Shown in pieces: positions 51,799 through 63,523 of a DNA stretch of 64,000 bases. The notes beneath the pieces are model-generated. The model did no database searches. It was not told the DNA's origin and was given only the letters and a program-made list of their open reading frames with translations. The stretch's first letter is position 1. The number at the start of each line of letters is the position of its first letter. The DNA lies in assembly GCF_003334785.1 (NCBI RefSeq), contig NZ_QOWV01000004.1. One strand, 5' to 3'. Position numbers and translations under genes: made by a program. This DNA comes from Escherichia coli. Lineage in GTDB: Bacteria; Pseudomonadota; Gammaproteobacteria; Enterobacterales; Enterobacteriaceae.

Positions 51799-52683
51799 AT
51801 GAGAACAGGATGTGAACCGACCCGGTTTGGTAATGAAGCTAAGACCATTATTCACGGTGATGCGCTTGCCGAACTTAAAAAGATCCCCGCCGAAAGTGTC
51901 GATCTGATCTTTGCCGACCCACCATATAACATCGGTAAAAATTTTGATGGTCTGATCGAAGCCTGGAAAGAAGATCTGTTTATCGACTGGCTGTTTGAAG
52001 TGATTGCAGAGTGCCACCGCGTTCTGAAAAAGCAGGGCAGCATGTACATCATGAACAGTACGGAAAACATGCCCTTTATCGATCTCCAGTGCCGCAAGCT
52101 TTTTACCATCAAAAGTCGCATCGTCTGGTCATATGACAGTTCTGGAGTGCAGGCGAAAAAACACTACGGCTCCATGTACGAACCCATCCTGATGATGGTG
52201 AAAGACGCAAAGAACTACACATTCAACGGTGATGCTATTCTGGTAGAAGCCAAAACCGGATCGCAGCGCGCGTTGATCGATTATCGCAAAAATCCTCCAC
52301 AGCCTTACAATCATCAAAAAGTACCGGGTAACGTTTGGGATTTTCCGCGCGTGCGTTATTTGATGGATGAATATGAAAACCACCCGACGCAAAAACCGGA
52401 AGCCTTACTGAAACGCATTATTCTCGCCTCTTCCAACCCAGGCGATATCGTTCTCGACCCGTTTGCTGGTAGCTTTACTACCGGTGCCGTAGCCATCGCC
52501 AGCGGACGAAAATTCATTGGTATTGAGATCAACAGCGAGTACATCAAAATGGGGCTTCGACGGCTGGATGTCGCGTCGCATTACTCTGCGGAAGAACTGG
52601 CGAAAGTGAAAAAAAGAAAGACCGGCAACCTGTCAAAACGAAGCCGGTTAAGCGAAGTTGACCCCGATCTCATTACAAAGTAA
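51799..52683 (+). CDS. yhdJ: Orphan N6-adenine DNA methyltransferase, 294 aa
   Basis: Start trimmed from GTG to ATG 51799; motif IV DPPY and SAM-binding FxGxG in translation. Confidence 0.85.
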   Translation: MRTGCEPTRFGNEAKTIIHGDALAELKKIPAESVDLIFADPPYNIGKNFDGLIEAWKEDLFIDWLFEVIAECHRVLKKQGSMYIMNSTENMPFIDLQCRKLFTIKSRIVWSYDSSGVQAKKHYGSMYEPILMMVKDAKNYTFNGDAILVEAKTGSQRALIDYRKNPPQPYNHQKVPGNVWDFPRVRYLMDEYENHPTQKPEALLKRIILASSNPGDIVLDPFAGSFTTGAVAIASGRKFIGIEINSEYIKMGLRRLDVASHYSAEELAKVKKRKTGNLSKRSRLSEVDPDLITK

Positions 52684-52766
52684 AGGATGTGTAAGCCTGG
52701 TTTTCAGATTATTCATTTCGTGTATATTTCCTGCCAGACTTGGTTAAACATGCACAGGCTCAGGTA

Positions 52767-52946
52767 ATGATTCGCAAGTATTGGTGGCTCGTCGTTTTCG
52801 CTGTCTTCGTTTTTCTGTTTGATACTTTACTGATGCAGTGGATTGAACTGCTGGCAACAGAAACAGACAAATGCCGCAATATGAACTCAGTTAATCCACT
52901 AAAACTGGTTAACTGTGACGAACTGAATTTTCAGGACAGAATGTGA
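52767..52946 (+). CDS. yhdU: Small membrane protein YhdU (DUF2556), 59 aa
   Basis: Start trimmed to MIRKYWWLVVFAVFVFLF; single TM helix. Confidence 0.6.
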   Translation: MIRKYWWLVVFAVFVFLFDTLLMQWIELLATETDKCRNMNSVNPLKLVNCDELNFQDRM

Positions 52947-52948
52947 AT

Positions 52949-53611
52949 TTACATGACACTTAATTCATTCGTTTGATGAATTAATTTCGTTATGTTTTCA
53001 TCTGGCATGAACATTCTTAATACGTTATCGACCAGAGCGGGGGCTTGTTTATAAAGATCATAACCCGCCATATTCATTAACCAGTTTTGAACAATTCCGC
53101 TGAAGGCACCATCAATAATAATCATCACAACATCTAAATCGAGGTTATTTGCTACACAACCTTGTTGCTGACACGCCTGCAATACTTCGCGGAGAGTCTG
53201 CGGATTAAAGCCCATCTTTTCGCGTATCACTCCCTCGGCCAGCATCTCATCATTAAATTCACATTTGTGATATAAGATTTTCAGCAACGCCTGCTGGCGG
53301 GGAATTTTGGCAATATATTGCAAGCCGACAATCAATTTTTCACGCAATTGTTGAAACGGGTCATGCTCTAATCCAGCCGTCAAGTGTTCCTGGATTAACT
53401 CCCGCAATGAAGGCTGTTGCAACCACATCTCATTAAACAGTTGAGTCTTGTTTTCGAAGTGCCAGTAGATAGCGCCACGCGTAACGTTAGCGGCGTCGGC
53501 AATGTCGTTGAGCGTCGTCTTGCTTACGCCATGCTGCGCAAACTGGGCGATGGCAGTTTCAATCAGTTCTTGCCGGGTCTTCAGAGCTTCGGCTTTGGTT
53601 CTTTTTGCCAT
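52949..53611 (-). CDS. envR: TetR-family repressor of acrEF (EnvR/AcrS), 220 aa
   Basis: N-terminal TetR HTH (LNDIADAANVTRGAIYWHF); divergent from acrEF. Confidence 0.9.
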   Translation of the reverse strand: MAKRTKAEALKTRQELIETAIAQFAQHGVSKTTLNDIADAANVTRGAIYWHFENKTQLFNEMWLQQPSLRELIQEHLTAGLEHDPFQQLREKLIVGLQYIAKIPRQQALLKILYHKCEFNDEMLAEGVIREKMGFNPQTLREVLQACQQQGCVANNLDLDVVMIIIDGAFSGIVQNWLMNMAGYDLYKQAPALVDNVLRMFMPDENITKLIHQTNELSVM

Positions 53612-54009
53612 GATTAATTATTCAGGAAATAAATATATTCGACACAGAGTGAGAAAATAGCGAAGGTTAATCTATCACCTAATGTGTATTTATACGAGAG
53701 GCTAATATTGAGTTGCTATAAATCGTTAAATAAATAATATATATTATTTACCTAAGATACATTCACTACATCAATATATATTTCAATTTACGAGGTTTTA
53801 ATTCTGCCTCTTTCAACCCGCGTCAAAATAAAACAGTAGAATATTAATCTTTTTTTGTGTTTATGTGCCTTGAGATGCCTGTATTCATAACTATTCCTTA
53901 CATCGACGAATGATAATTTGTAGGATAGCGAACTGTATTTTTCTTTCTGCGAGTTAACGCGTTGCCTTTTTGGGTAAATAACGCGCTTTTGGTTTTTTGA
54001 GGAATAGTA

Positions 54010-55167
54010 ATGACGAAACATGCCAGGTTTTTCCTCCTGCCCTCCTTTATTCTGATCTCCGCGGCTTTAATCGCCGGTTGTAACGATAAGGGAGAAGAGA
54101 AAGCTCACGTCGGTGAACCGCAGGTTACCGTTCATATTGTAAAAACGGCCCCGTTAGAAGTTAAGACTGAATTACCAGGCCGCACCAATGCTTATCGTAT
54201 AGCCGAAGTTCGCCCACAGGTTAGCGGGATCGTACTGAATCGCAATTTCACTGAAGGCAGCGATGTGCAAGCAGGCCAGTCCCTGTACCAGATCGATCCC
54301 GCGACCTATCAGGCAAATTATGACAGCGCGAAAGGCGAACTGGCGAAAAGTGAAGCCGCCGCCGCCATCGCGCATTTGACGGTAAAACGTTACGTTCCGC
54401 TCGTGGGTACGAAATACATCAGCCAGCAGGAGTACGACCAGGCCATTGCTGATGCTCGTCAGGCCGATGCCGCCGTGATTGCCGCAAAAGCCACAGTCGA
54501 AAGCGCTCGCATCAATCTTGCTTATACCAAAGTCACTGCGCCAATTAGCGGACGTATCGGCAAATCGACTGTGACCGAAGGCGCTCTTGTCACTAATGGG
54601 CAAACGACTGAACTGGCGACTGTCCAGCAGCTCGATCCTATCTACGTTGATGTGACCCAATCCAGCAACGATTTTATGAGGCTGAAGCAATCCGTAGAGC
54701 AAGGAAATTTGCATAAGGAAAACGCCACCAGCAACGTAGAGTTGGTCATGGAAAACGGTCAAACCTATCCCCTGAAAGGTACGCTGCAATTCTCCGATGT
54801 GACCGTTGATGAAAGCACCGGCTCCATAACCCTACGTGCTGTCTTCCCTAACCCGCAACATACGCTTTTGCCGGGTATGTTTGTGCGTGCACGGATTGAT
54901 GAAGGCGTCCAACCTGACGCCATTCTTATCCCGCAACAAGGCGTTAGCCGCACACCGCGTGGTGATGCAACCGTGCTGATTGTTAACGATAAAAGTCAGG
55001 TTGAAGCGCGCCCTGTCGTTGCCAGTCAGGCGATTGGCGATAAATGGTTGATTAGTGAAGGACTGAAATCTGGCGATCAAGTCATTGTCAGCGGCCTGCA
55101 AAAAGCGCGTCCGGGAGAGCAGGTTAAAGCCACTACCGATACCCCCGCAGATACTGCATCGAAGTAA
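54010..55167 (+). CDS. acrE: RND efflux membrane-fusion lipoprotein AcrE, 385 aa
   Basis: Lipobox LIAGC; periplasmic adaptor architecture. Confidence 0.9.
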   Translation: MTKHARFFLLPSFILISAALIAGCNDKGEEKAHVGEPQVTVHIVKTAPLEVKTELPGRTNAYRIAEVRPQVSGIVLNRNFTEGSDVQAGQSLYQIDPATYQANYDSAKGELAKSEAAAAIAHLTVKRYVPLVGTKYISQQEYDQAIADARQADAAVIAAKATVESARINLAYTKVTAPISGRIGKSTVTEGALVTNGQTTELATVQQLDPIYVDVTQSSNDFMRLKQSVEQGNLHKENATSNVELVMENGQTYPLKGTLQFSDVTVDESTGSITLRAVFPNPQHTLLPGMFVRARIDEGVQPDAILIPQQGVSRTPRGDATVLIVNDKSQVEARPVVASQAIGDKWLISEGLKSGDQVIVSGLQKARPGEQVKATTDTPADTASK

Positions 55168-55178
55168 GGTAATCTGAC

Positions 55179-58100
55179 ATGGCAAACTTTTTTATTCGAC
55201 GACCGATATTTGCATGGGTGCTGGCCATTATTCTGATGATGGCGGGCGCACTGGCGATCCTACAATTGCCCGTCGCTCAGTATCCAACAATTGCACCGCC
55301 TGCGGTTTCTGTTTCAGCAAACTATCCGGGCGCTGATGCGCAGACCGTGCAGGATACGGTGACGCAGGTTATCGAACAGAATATGAACGGTATCGATAAC
55401 CTGATGTATATGTCCTCCACCAGCGATTCCGCCGGTAGCGTGACAATTACCCTTACCTTCCAGTCCGGGACCGATCCTGATATCGCGCAAGTGCAGGTGC
55501 AGAACAAACTCCAGCTCGCCACGCCGTTGCTGCCGCAGGAGGTTCAGCAGCAGGGGATCAGTGTTGAAAAGTCCAGTAGCAGCTATTTGATGGTGGCGGG
55601 CTTTGTCTCTGATAACCCAGGCACCACACAGGACGATATCTCGGACTATGTGGCCTCTAACGTTAAAGATACGCTTAGCCGTCTGAATGGCGTCGGTGAC
55701 GTACAGCTTTTCGGCGCACAGTATGCGATGCGTATCTGGCTGGATGCCGATCTGCTAAACAAATATAAACTGACACCGGTTGATGTGATTAACCAGTTGA
55801 AGGTACAGAACGATCAGATCGCTGCCGGACAGTTGGGCGGAACGCCAGCGTTACCAGGGCAACAATTGAACGCCTCGATTATTGCTCAGACGCGGTTTAA
55901 AAATCCGGAAGAATTCGGCAAAGTGACCCTGCGCGTAAACAGTGACGGCTCGGTGGTACGCCTGAAAGATGTCGCACGGGTTGAACTTGGCGGTGAAAAC
56001 TATAACGTTATCGCTCGTATCAACGGAAAACCGGCGGCGGGCCTGGGGATTAAGCTGGCAACCGGCGCGAATGCTCTCGATACCGCGAAAGCCATTAAGG
56101 CAAAACTGGCGGAATTACAGCCATTCTTCCCGCAGGGAATGAAGGTTCTCTACCCTTATGACACCACGCCATTCGTCCAGCTTTCTATTCACGAAGTGGT
56201 AAAAACGCTGTTCGAAGCCATTATGCTGGTGTTCCTGGTGATGTATCTGTTCTTGCAGAATATGCGAGCAACGCTGATCCCCACCATTGCGGTACCCGTG
56301 GTGTTGTTAGGGACGTTTGCCATCCTCGCCGCTTTTGGTTACTCCATCAACACACTAACGATGTTCGGGATGGTGCTTGCCATCGGGCTGCTCGTCGATG
56401 ATGCGATAGTGGTGGTGGAGAACGTCGAGCGCGTGATGATGGAGGATAAGCTCCCGCCAAAAGAAGCGACGGAAAAATCGATGTCGCAAATTCAGGGCGC
56501 ACTGGTGGGTATCGCGATGGTGCTGTCAGCGGTATTTATTCCGATGGCATTCTTCGGCGGTTCTACTGGGGCAATTTATCGCCAGTTCTCTATCACCATC
56601 GTTTCGGCAATGGCGCTTTCTGTTCTGGTGGCATTGATTCTTACCCCTGCGTTATGTGCAACGCTGCTTAAACCCGTCTCTGCTGAGCATCACGAAAATA
56701 AGGGCGGTTTCTTCGGTTGGTTTAATACCACCTTCGATCATAGCGTTAACCACTACACCAACAGCGTCGGCAAAATCCTCGGATCCACAGGACGATATTT
56801 ACTGATCTATGCGCTGATTGTTGCAGGAATGGTGGTGTTGTTTTTACGTCTTCCGTCTTCCTTCTTACCTGAAGAGGATCAGGGTGTCTTTCTGACCATG
56901 ATTCAGTTACCCGCTGGCGCGACGCAAGAGCGGACGCAAAAAGTGTTGGATCAAGTTACGGATTACTATCTGAAGAACGAGAAAGCGAACGTTGAAAGTG
57001 TCTTTACGGTTAACGGCTTTAGCTTCAGCGGCCAGGCACAAAACGCCGGTATGGCCTTCGTCAGTCTGAAACCGTGGGAAGAGCGTAATGGTGACGAAAA
57101 CAGTGCGGAAGCGGTAATCCATCGTGCCAAAATGGAATTGGGCAAGATCCGCGACGGTTTTGTCATTCCATTCAATATGCCAGCCATTGTTGAACTGGGC
57201 ACGGCAACGGGTTTCGACTTTGAGTTAATTGATCAGGCTGGGCTGGGTCACGATGCCCTAACCCAGGCCCGTAACCAGTTGCTTGGTATGGCGGCGCAAC
57301 ATCCTGCCAGCTTAGTCAGCGTGCGCCCTAATGGCCTGGAAGACACCGCGCAGTTTAAACTGGAAGTTGACCAGGAAAAGGCGCAGGCATTAGGTGTTTC
57401 ACTTTCTGACATCAATCAGACCATTTCAACGGCGCTGGGTGGGACTTACGTTAACGACTTCATCGACCGTGGTCGCGTGAAAAAGTTGTATGTTCAGGCG
57501 GATGCCAAATTCCGTATGCTGCCAGAAGATGTCGATAAACTTTATGTCCGCAGCGCCAACGGCGAAATGGTGCCATTCTCGGCCTTTACCACTTCACATT
57601 GGGTGTATGGCTCTCCGCGACTGGAACGCTACAACGGTCTGCCGTCAATGGAGATTCAGGGGGAAGCCGCGCCAGGAACCAGTTCCGGCGATGCCATGGC
57701 GTTGATGGAAAACCTTGCGTCAAAATTACCTGCGGGCATTGGTTATGACTGGACGGGTATGTCGTATCAGGAACGCTTATCGGGAAACCAGGCTCCCGCT
57801 CTGGTAGCAATTTCCTTTGTGGTTGTTTTCCTGTGCCTTGCTGCACTCTATGAAAGCTGGTCAATTCCTGTCTCGGTTATGTTGGTAGTGCCGTTAGGGA
57901 TTGTCGGCGTGCTGCTGGCGGCGACACTCTTTAATCAAAAAAATGACGTCTACTTTATGGTGGGCTTGCTAACGACAATTGGCTTGTCGGCCAAAAACGC
58001 TATTTTGATCGTTGAGTTCGCTAAAGATCTCATGGAGAAAGAGGGTAAAGGTGTTGTTGAAGCGACACTGATGGCAGTACGTATGCGTCTGCGTCCTATC

Positions 58101-58283
58101 CTGATGACCTCTCTCGCCTTTATTCTCGGCGTATTACCGCTAGCTATCAGTAACGGTGCCGGCAGTGGCGCGCAGAACGCTGTGGGTATCGGGGTAATGG
58201 GAGGAATGGTCTCTGCAACGTTGCTGGCAATCTTCTTCGTACCGGTGTTCTTTGTGGTGATCCGCCGTTGCTTTAAAGGATAA
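55179..58283 (+). CDS. acrF: RND multidrug efflux transporter AcrF, 1034 aa
   Basis: [36 protein letters not shown]...; 12-TM RND architecture. Confidence 0.95.
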   Translation: MANFFIRRPIFAWVLAIILMMAGALAILQLPVAQYPTIAPPAVSVSANYPGADAQTVQDTVTQVIEQNMNGIDNLMYMSSTSDSAGSVTITLTFQSGTDPDIAQVQVQNKLQLATPLLPQEVQQQGISVEKSSSSYLMVAGFVSDNPGTTQDDISDYVASNVKDTLSRLNGVGDVQLFGAQYAMRIWLDADLLNKYKLTPVDVINQLKVQNDQIAAGQLGGTPALPGQQLNASIIAQTRFKNPEEFGKVTLRVNSDGSVVRLKDVARVELGGENYNVIARINGKPAAGLGIKLATGANALDTAKAIKAKLAELQPFFPQGMKVLYPYDTTPFVQLSIHEVVKTLFEAIMLVFLVMYLFLQNMRATLIPTIAVPVVLLGTFAILAAFGYSINTLTMFGMVLAIGLLVDDAIVVVENVERVMMEDKLPPKEATEKSMSQIQGALVGIAMVLSAVFIPMAFFGGSTGAIYRQFSITIVSAMALSVLVALILTPALCATLLKPVSAEHHENKGGFFGWFNTTFDHSVNHYTNSVGKILGSTGRYLLIYALIVAGMVVLFLRLPSSFLPEEDQGVFLTMIQLPAGATQERTQKVLDQVTDYYLKNEKANVESVFTVNGFSFSGQAQNAGMAFVSLKPWEERNGDENSAEAVIHRAKMELGKIRDGFVIPFNMPAIVELGTATGFDFELIDQAGLGHDALTQARNQLLGMAAQHPASLVSVRPNGLEDTAQFKLEVDQEKAQALGVSLSDINQTISTALGGTYVNDFIDRGRVKKLYVQADAKFRMLPEDVDKLYVRSANGEMVPFSAFTTSHWVYGSPRLERYNGLPSMEIQGEAAPGTSSGDAMALMENLASKLPAGIGYDWTGMSYQERLSGNQAPALVAISFVVVFLCLAALYESWSIPVSVMLVVPLGIVGVLLAATLFNQKNDVYFMVGLLTTIGLSAKNAILIVEFAKDLMEKEGKGVVEATLMAVRMRLRPILMTSLAFILGVLPLAISNGAGSGAQNAVGIGVMGGMVSATLLAIFFVPVFFVVIRRCFKG

Positions 58284-58535
58284 ATCAGAAACATAAAGGC
58301 GCTTTCGGGTGCCTTTATTATTTCCAGTGAAACCCATAAAAATTAATAAGATATTCTTCTGCTCACTCTTTAAAAGCTTTCTATAGTTCCCGCTCCCTTC
58401 ACTATTTTTACAATTCACATAATTTGTCATTATTCATTCCGCAAGATTTATAACCTCCGGTGATAAAATGGCATTCAGCTCGTTAATAAGAGAGTTAACT
58501 TATTAAGCGTTAGCGTTTATTACTGAGGTAACACC

Positions 58536-58757
58536 ATGAAAAGATTAATTCCTGTGGCATTGCTCACCGCATTGCTGGCGGGCTGTGCTCACGATTCGCC
58601 CTGCGTTCCGGTTTATGACGATCAGGGTCGTCTGGTTCACACCAATACCTGTATGAAAGGCACGACTCAGGATAACTGGGAAACGGCTGGGGCTATTGCC
58701 GGCGGGGCAGCTGCTGTTGCTGGCCTGACGATGGGGATCATCGCTCTATCGAAATAA
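58536..58757 (+). CDS. yhdV: Small lipoprotein YhdV, 73 aa
   Basis: Lipobox LLAGC; Gly/Ala-rich C-terminal hydrophobic segment. Confidence 0.8.
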   Translation: MKRLIPVALLTALLAGCAHDSPCVPVYDDQGRLVHTNTCMKGTTQDNWETAGAIAGGAAAVAGLTMGIIALSK

Positions 58758-58764
58758 CTGAACA

Positions 58765-58790
58765 GGGCGCGGAGTTCCGCGCTCTTTTTA
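58765..58790 (+). terminator. Intrinsic terminator after yhdV
   Basis: GCGCGGAGTTCCGCGC hairpin followed by TCTTTTT. Confidence 0.6.
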
Positions 58791-59187
58791 ACGATACAGT
58801 ATCTCTCCATAAGATAAAATATTGCTATATTCTGCTGGGTAATTCCCTGCTGATTTAGCATGTTACATCGCGTTATTTCGCTGCTTTCGAAATAACGCAT
58901 CAATTTAATTTTCACACTTCCCACCAGAAATATACTCACGCTAACAATCATTATTCTGCTTAGTAAAACACGCGTAAATATTTTGCGCCAAAATGTGGCG
59001 CATGTTTCATTTTCGCACCATTGCGGGGCGCTGTTTTTATTATTTCCTGTCTACACTCAGCTTATTGCGACGCGAAATCGTGCGCAAAAGCTGGCACTAC
59101 TTTTGCTTATAAGAGGATGGCCACAGACAGGTAAAAGACGTTTCCCAAACGTCCTATAACGATAATTTTCGCCTCACAGGAAGCATT

Positions 59188-60213
59188 ATGAAAAAGATGA
59201 TGATAGCCACACTGGCTGCCGCCAGCGTGCTGCTTGCCGTTGCAAATCAGGCGCATGCTGGCGCGACGCTTGATGCCGTTCAGAAAAAAGGTTTTGTGCA
59301 ATGCGGGATCAGTGATGGATTACCTGGGTTCTCTTATGCCGATGCTGACGGTAAGTTTTCAGGTATTGATGTTGATATTTGTCGTGGTGTTGCCGCTGCT
59401 GTATTTGGTGACGACACGAAAGTGAAATATACCCCGCTCACTGCAAAAGAACGCTTCACCGCTTTACAGTCAGGGGAGGTGGATTTGCTCTCCCGTAATA
59501 CGACCTGGACTTCATCTCGCGATGCCGGGATGGGAATGGCATTTACCGGCGTCACTTATTACGACGGCATTGGCTTCCTGACGCACGATAAAGCGGGGCT
59601 AAAAAGCGCGAAAGAACTGGATGGCGCTACCGTCTGTATTCAGGCGGGTACTGATACCGAACTCAACGTCGCCGACTACTTCAAGGCAAACAATATGAAG
59701 TACACACCGGTGACTTTCGATCGCTCTGACGAATCAGCGAAGGCACTGGAATCTGGTCGCTGCGATACGCTGGCCTCGGATCAATCACAACTGTATGCCC
59801 TGCGCATCAAATTAAGCAACCCAGCTGAATGGATTGTCTTACCGGAAGTTATCTCAAAAGAACCGCTTGGTCCGGTAGTTCGTCGTGGCGATGATGAATG
59901 GTTCTCGATTGTACGCTGGACGCTTTTCGCCATGCTGAATGCTGAAGAGATGGGCATCAATTCCCAGAACGTCGATGAAAAAGCGGCTAATCCAGCAACG
60001 CCTGATATGGCACATCTGCTGGGTAAAGAAGGCGATTACGGCAAGGATCTGAAGCTGGATAATAAATGGGCCTATAACATCATCAAACAGGTGGGTAACT
60101 ACTCGGAAATTTTTGAGCGTAACGTAGGTTCAGAAAGCCCGCTGAAAATTAAACGTGGGCAAAATAATCTCTGGAATAACGGCGGTATTCAGTACGCACC
60201 GCCCGTGCGTTAA
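59188..60213 (+). CDS. yhdW: Periplasmic substrate-binding protein of polar amino acid ABC transporter, 341 aa, reading frame intact
   Basis: Signal peptide MKKMMIATLAAASVLLAVANQAHA; SBP family 3-like; uninterrupted ORF. Confidence 0.85.
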   Translation: MKKMMIATLAAASVLLAVANQAHAGATLDAVQKKGFVQCGISDGLPGFSYADADGKFSGIDVDICRGVAAAVFGDDTKVKYTPLTAKERFTALQSGEVDLLSRNTTWTSSRDAGMGMAFTGVTYYDGIGFLTHDKAGLKSAKELDGATVCIQAGTDTELNVADYFKANNMKYTPVTFDRSDESAKALESGRCDTLASDQSQLYALRIKLSNPAEWIVLPEVISKEPLGPVVRRGDDEWFSIVRWTLFAMLNAEEMGINSQNVDEKAANPATPDMAHLLGKEGDYGKDLKLDNKWAYNIIKQVGNYSEIFERNVGSESPLKIKRGQNNLWNNGGIQYAPPVR

Positions 60214-60280
60214 GTCGGTGTGAGGTAACGAGCGTCGCTACGGCGGCGCTCTCTTCAGCGTTATGCTTTCCGAGGTTTCT

Positions 60281-61462
60281 ATGTCTCATCGCCGCTCAAC
60301 CGTTAAAGGCTCACTCTCTTTTGCCAACCCTACGGTTCGCGCCTGGTTATTCCAGATCCTTGCCGTTGTTGCTGTTGTCGGCATTGTTGGTTGGTTATTT
60401 CACAACACTGTAACGAATCTCAATAATCGTGGCATTACTTCAGGTTTTGCCTTTCTGGATCGCGGCGCTGGCTTCGGTATTGTCCAGCATTTGATCGATT
60501 ACCAGCAGGGCGACACCTACGGACGCGTTTTTATTGTCGGCTTACTCAATACGCTACTGGTTTCTGCATTGTGTATTGTGTTCGCTTCTGTTTTGGGCTT
60601 CTTTATCGGTCTGGCGAGACTTTCGGATAACTGGCTGCTACGAAAGCTTTCCACAATTTATATTGAGATCTTCCGTAATATTCCCCCGCTGCTGCAAATC
60701 TTCTTCTGGTACTTTGCCGTGTTGCGCAATTTGCCCGGACCACGCCAGGCTGTGAGCGCGTTTGATCTGGCCTTTTTGAGCAATCGTGGGCTTTATATTC
60801 CGTCACCGCAGCTGGGAGACGGATTTATTGCGTTTATCCTGGCTGTTGTTATGGCTATAGTCCTTTCTGTTGGGCTATTCCGCTTTAATAAAACATACCA
60901 GATAAAGACCGGACAACTGCGCCGCACCTGGCCGATCGCCGCAGTGTTGATCATTGGTTTGCCTTTACTGGCGCAATGGCTTTTTGGCGCAGCACTACAC
61001 TGGGATGTCCCAGCCCTACGAGGCTTTAACTTCCGCGGCGGGATGGTTTTAATTCCTGAACTGGCAGCCTTAACGCTGGCACTTTCGGTTTATACATCTG
61101 CATTTATCGCCGAGATTATCCGCGCTGGGATCCAGGCAGTGCCTTATGGTCAACATGAAGCGGCTCGGTCACTGGGATTACCCAACCCGGTTACGCTACG
61201 CCAGGTCATTATTCCCCAGGCATTGCGGGTGATTATTCCACCGTTAACCAGCCAGTATCTCAACATCGTCAAAAACTCCTCTCTTGCCGCCGCTATTGGC
61301 TATCCCGATATGGTTTCGCTGTTTGCCGGCACCGTGCTGAATCAGACGGGGCAAGCCATCGAGACGATAGCCATGACCATGTCGGTCTATCTGATTATCA
61401 GCCTGACTATCTCGCTGCTGATGAATATCTATAACCGCCGCATCGCGATCGTTGAACGCTAA
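60281..61462 (+). CDS. yhdX: ABC transporter permease, 393 aa
   Basis: Start trimmed to MSHRRSTVKG with GAGG SD; polytopic permease. Confidence 0.85.
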   Translation: MSHRRSTVKGSLSFANPTVRAWLFQILAVVAVVGIVGWLFHNTVTNLNNRGITSGFAFLDRGAGFGIVQHLIDYQQGDTYGRVFIVGLLNTLLVSALCIVFASVLGFFIGLARLSDNWLLRKLSTIYIEIFRNIPPLLQIFFWYFAVLRNLPGPRQAVSAFDLAFLSNRGLYIPSPQLGDGFIAFILAVVMAIVLSVGLFRFNKTYQIKTGQLRRTWPIAAVLIIGLPLLAQWLFGAALHWDVPALRGFNFRGGMVLIPELAALTLALSVYTSAFIAEIIRAGIQAVPYGQHEAARSLGLPNPVTLRQVIIPQALRVIIPPLTSQYLNIVKNSSLAAAIGYPDMVSLFAGTVLNQTGQAIETIAMTMSVYLIISLTISLLMNIYNRRIAIVER

Positions 61463-61471
61463 GGAGTCATG

Positions 61472-62575
61472 ATGACAAAAGTATTGCTGTCTCATCCCCC
61501 GCGCCCGGCGAGCCATAACTCAAGCCGCGCGATGGTGTGGGTGCGAAAAAATCTGTTCTCCAGCTGGAGCAATAGCCTGCTGACTATTGGCTGCATATGG
61601 TTGATGTGGGAACTGATCCCACCGTTGCTGAACTGGGCATTTTTGCAGGCTAACTGGGTTGGCTCAACGCGTGCCGACTGCACAAAAGCCGGTGCCTGTT
61701 GGGTCTTCATCCACGAACGATTTGGTCAGTTTATGTATGGGCTTTACCCACACGACCAACGCTGGCGAATTAACCTCGCATTACTGATTGGGCTTGTGTC
61801 GATCGCACCAATGTTCTGGAAAATACTCCCGCATCGCGGTCGCTATATTGCGGCCTGGGCGGTGATTTACCCACTGATTGTCTGGTGGCTGATGTATGGC
61901 GGTTTTTTTGCTCTTGAGCGGGTTGAAACCCGGCAATGGGGCGGGCTGACGCTAACTTTAATTATTGCATCAGTTGGGATTGCGGGGGCGCTACCGTGGG
62001 GGATCTTACTGGCGTTAGGTCGCCGCTCCCATATGCCGATTGTGCGTATCTTATCGGTCATTTTTATCGAATTCTGGCGCGGCGTGCCGCTGATTACCGT
62101 TCTGTTTATGTCTTCGGTCATGCTGCCGTTGTTTATGGCAGAAGGCACCAGTATCGACAAATTGATCCGCGCGCTGGTTGGCGTGATCCTGTTTCAGTCA
62201 GCATATGTTGCGGAAGTCGTGCGAGGTGGATTACAGGCGCTGCCTAAAGGGCAATATGAAGCGGCAGAGTCGCTGGCGTTGGGTTACTGGAAAACTCAGG
62301 GGCTGGTTATTCTGCCACAGGCGTTGAAGCTGGTAATTCCTGGGCTGGTAAATACCATCATCGCACTCTTCAAAGATACCAGCCTGGTGATCATTATCGG
62401 GTTGTTCGATCTTTTCAGTAGCGTTCAGCAGGCAACCGTTGATCCCGCCTGGTTGGGTATGTCGACGGAAGGGTATGTTTTCGCCGCGCTGATCTACTGG
62501 ATCTTCTGTTTCAGCATGTCGCGCTATAGCCAGTATCTGGAAAAACGTTTTAACACCGGGCGTACACCGCATTGA
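61472..62575 (+). CDS. yhdY: ABC transporter permease, 367 aa
   Basis: Start at second ATG, 5 nt after AAGGAG; polytopic permease. Confidence 0.85.
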   Translation: MTKVLLSHPPRPASHNSSRAMVWVRKNLFSSWSNSLLTIGCIWLMWELIPPLLNWAFLQANWVGSTRADCTKAGACWVFIHERFGQFMYGLYPHDQRWRINLALLIGLVSIAPMFWKILPHRGRYIAAWAVIYPLIVWWLMYGGFFALERVETRQWGGLTLTLIIASVGIAGALPWGILLALGRRSHMPIVRILSVIFIEFWRGVPLITVLFMSSVMLPLFMAEGTSIDKLIRALVGVILFQSAYVAEVVRGGLQALPKGQYEAAESLALGYWKTQGLVILPQALKLVIPGLVNTIIALFKDTSLVIIIGLFDLFSSVQQATVDPAWLGMSTEGYVFAALIYWIFCFSMSRYSQYLEKRFNTGRTPH

Positions 62576-62582
62576 GGACACT

Positions 62583-63341
62583 ATGAGCCAAATTTTACTG
62601 CAACCTGCTAACGCGATGATTACGCTGGAAAACGTCAATAAATGGTATGGACAATTCCATGTTTTGAAAAATATAAATTTAACCGTGCAACCGGGAGAAC
62701 GGATCGTTCTGTGTGGCCCTTCAGGTTCCGGTAAATCGACAACCATTCGTTGTATTAATCATCTGGAAGAACATCAACAGGGACGGATCGTGGTAGATGG
62801 CATCGAACTTAATGAAGATATCCGCAATATTGAGCGCGTCAGGCAGGAAGTGGGAATGGTCTTTCAGCATTTCAATCTCTTCCCTCATCTGACCGTTTTA
62901 CAGAACTGTACCCTGGCACCGATTTGGGTACGCAAGATGCCTAAGAAAGAGGCTGAAGATCTGGCGGTGCATTACCTAGAGCGGGTGAGAATTGCCGAAC
63001 ATGCGCATAAGTTTCCCGGACAGATTTCAGGTGGTCAGCAGCAACGCGTTGCCATTGCGCGTTCGCTGTGTATGAAGCCGAAAATTATGTTGTTTGATGA
63101 GCCAACGTCGGCGCTCGATCCTGAGATGGTGAAAGAGGTGCTGGATACGATGATTGGGCTGGCGCAGTCGGGTATGACAATGTTGTGTGTAACACATGAG
63201 ATGGGGTTTGCACGAACCGTCGCTGACCGGGTAATTTTTATGGATCGTGGGGAAATAGTGGAGCAAGCTGCACCTGATGAATTTTTTGCGCATCCTAAAT
63301 CAGAGCGTACGAGGGCATTTTTATCGCAGGTAATCCATTAA
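62583..63341 (+). CDS. yhdZ: ABC transporter ATP-binding protein, 252 aa
   Basis: Walker [10 protein letters not shown], signature LSGGQQQR, Walker [11 protein letters not shown]. Confidence 0.9.
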   Translation: MSQILLQPANAMITLENVNKWYGQFHVLKNINLTVQPGERIVLCGPSGSGKSTTIRCINHLEEHQQGRIVVDGIELNEDIRNIERVRQEVGMVFQHFNLFPHLTVLQNCTLAPIWVRKMPKKEAEDLAVHYLERVRIAEHAHKFPGQISGGQQQRVAIARSLCMKPKIMLFDEPTSALDPEMVKEVLDTMIGLAQSGMTMLCVTHEMGFARTVADRVIFMDRGEIVEQAAPDEFFAHPKSERTRAFLSQVIH

Positions 63342-63360
63342 TTGAATGTTAGTTCGAAAA

Positions 63361-63394
63361 GCAAAAAGGCCATCCTTTCGGATGGCCTTTCGCT
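63361..63394. terminator. rrn T2-like hairpin (AAAGGCCATCC-tttcg-GGATGGCCTTT), convergent terminator for rrnD and yhdZ
   Basis: Perfect 11-bp-arm hairpin with T-rich flank on both strands. Confidence 0.6.
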
Positions 63395-63523
63395 TGATTT
63401 GATGTCTGGCAGTTTATGGCGGGCGTCCTGCCCGCCACCCTCCGGGCCGTTGCTTCGCAACGTTCAAATCCGCTCCCGGCGGATTTGTCCTACTCAGGAG
63501 AGCGTTCACCGACAAACAACAGA

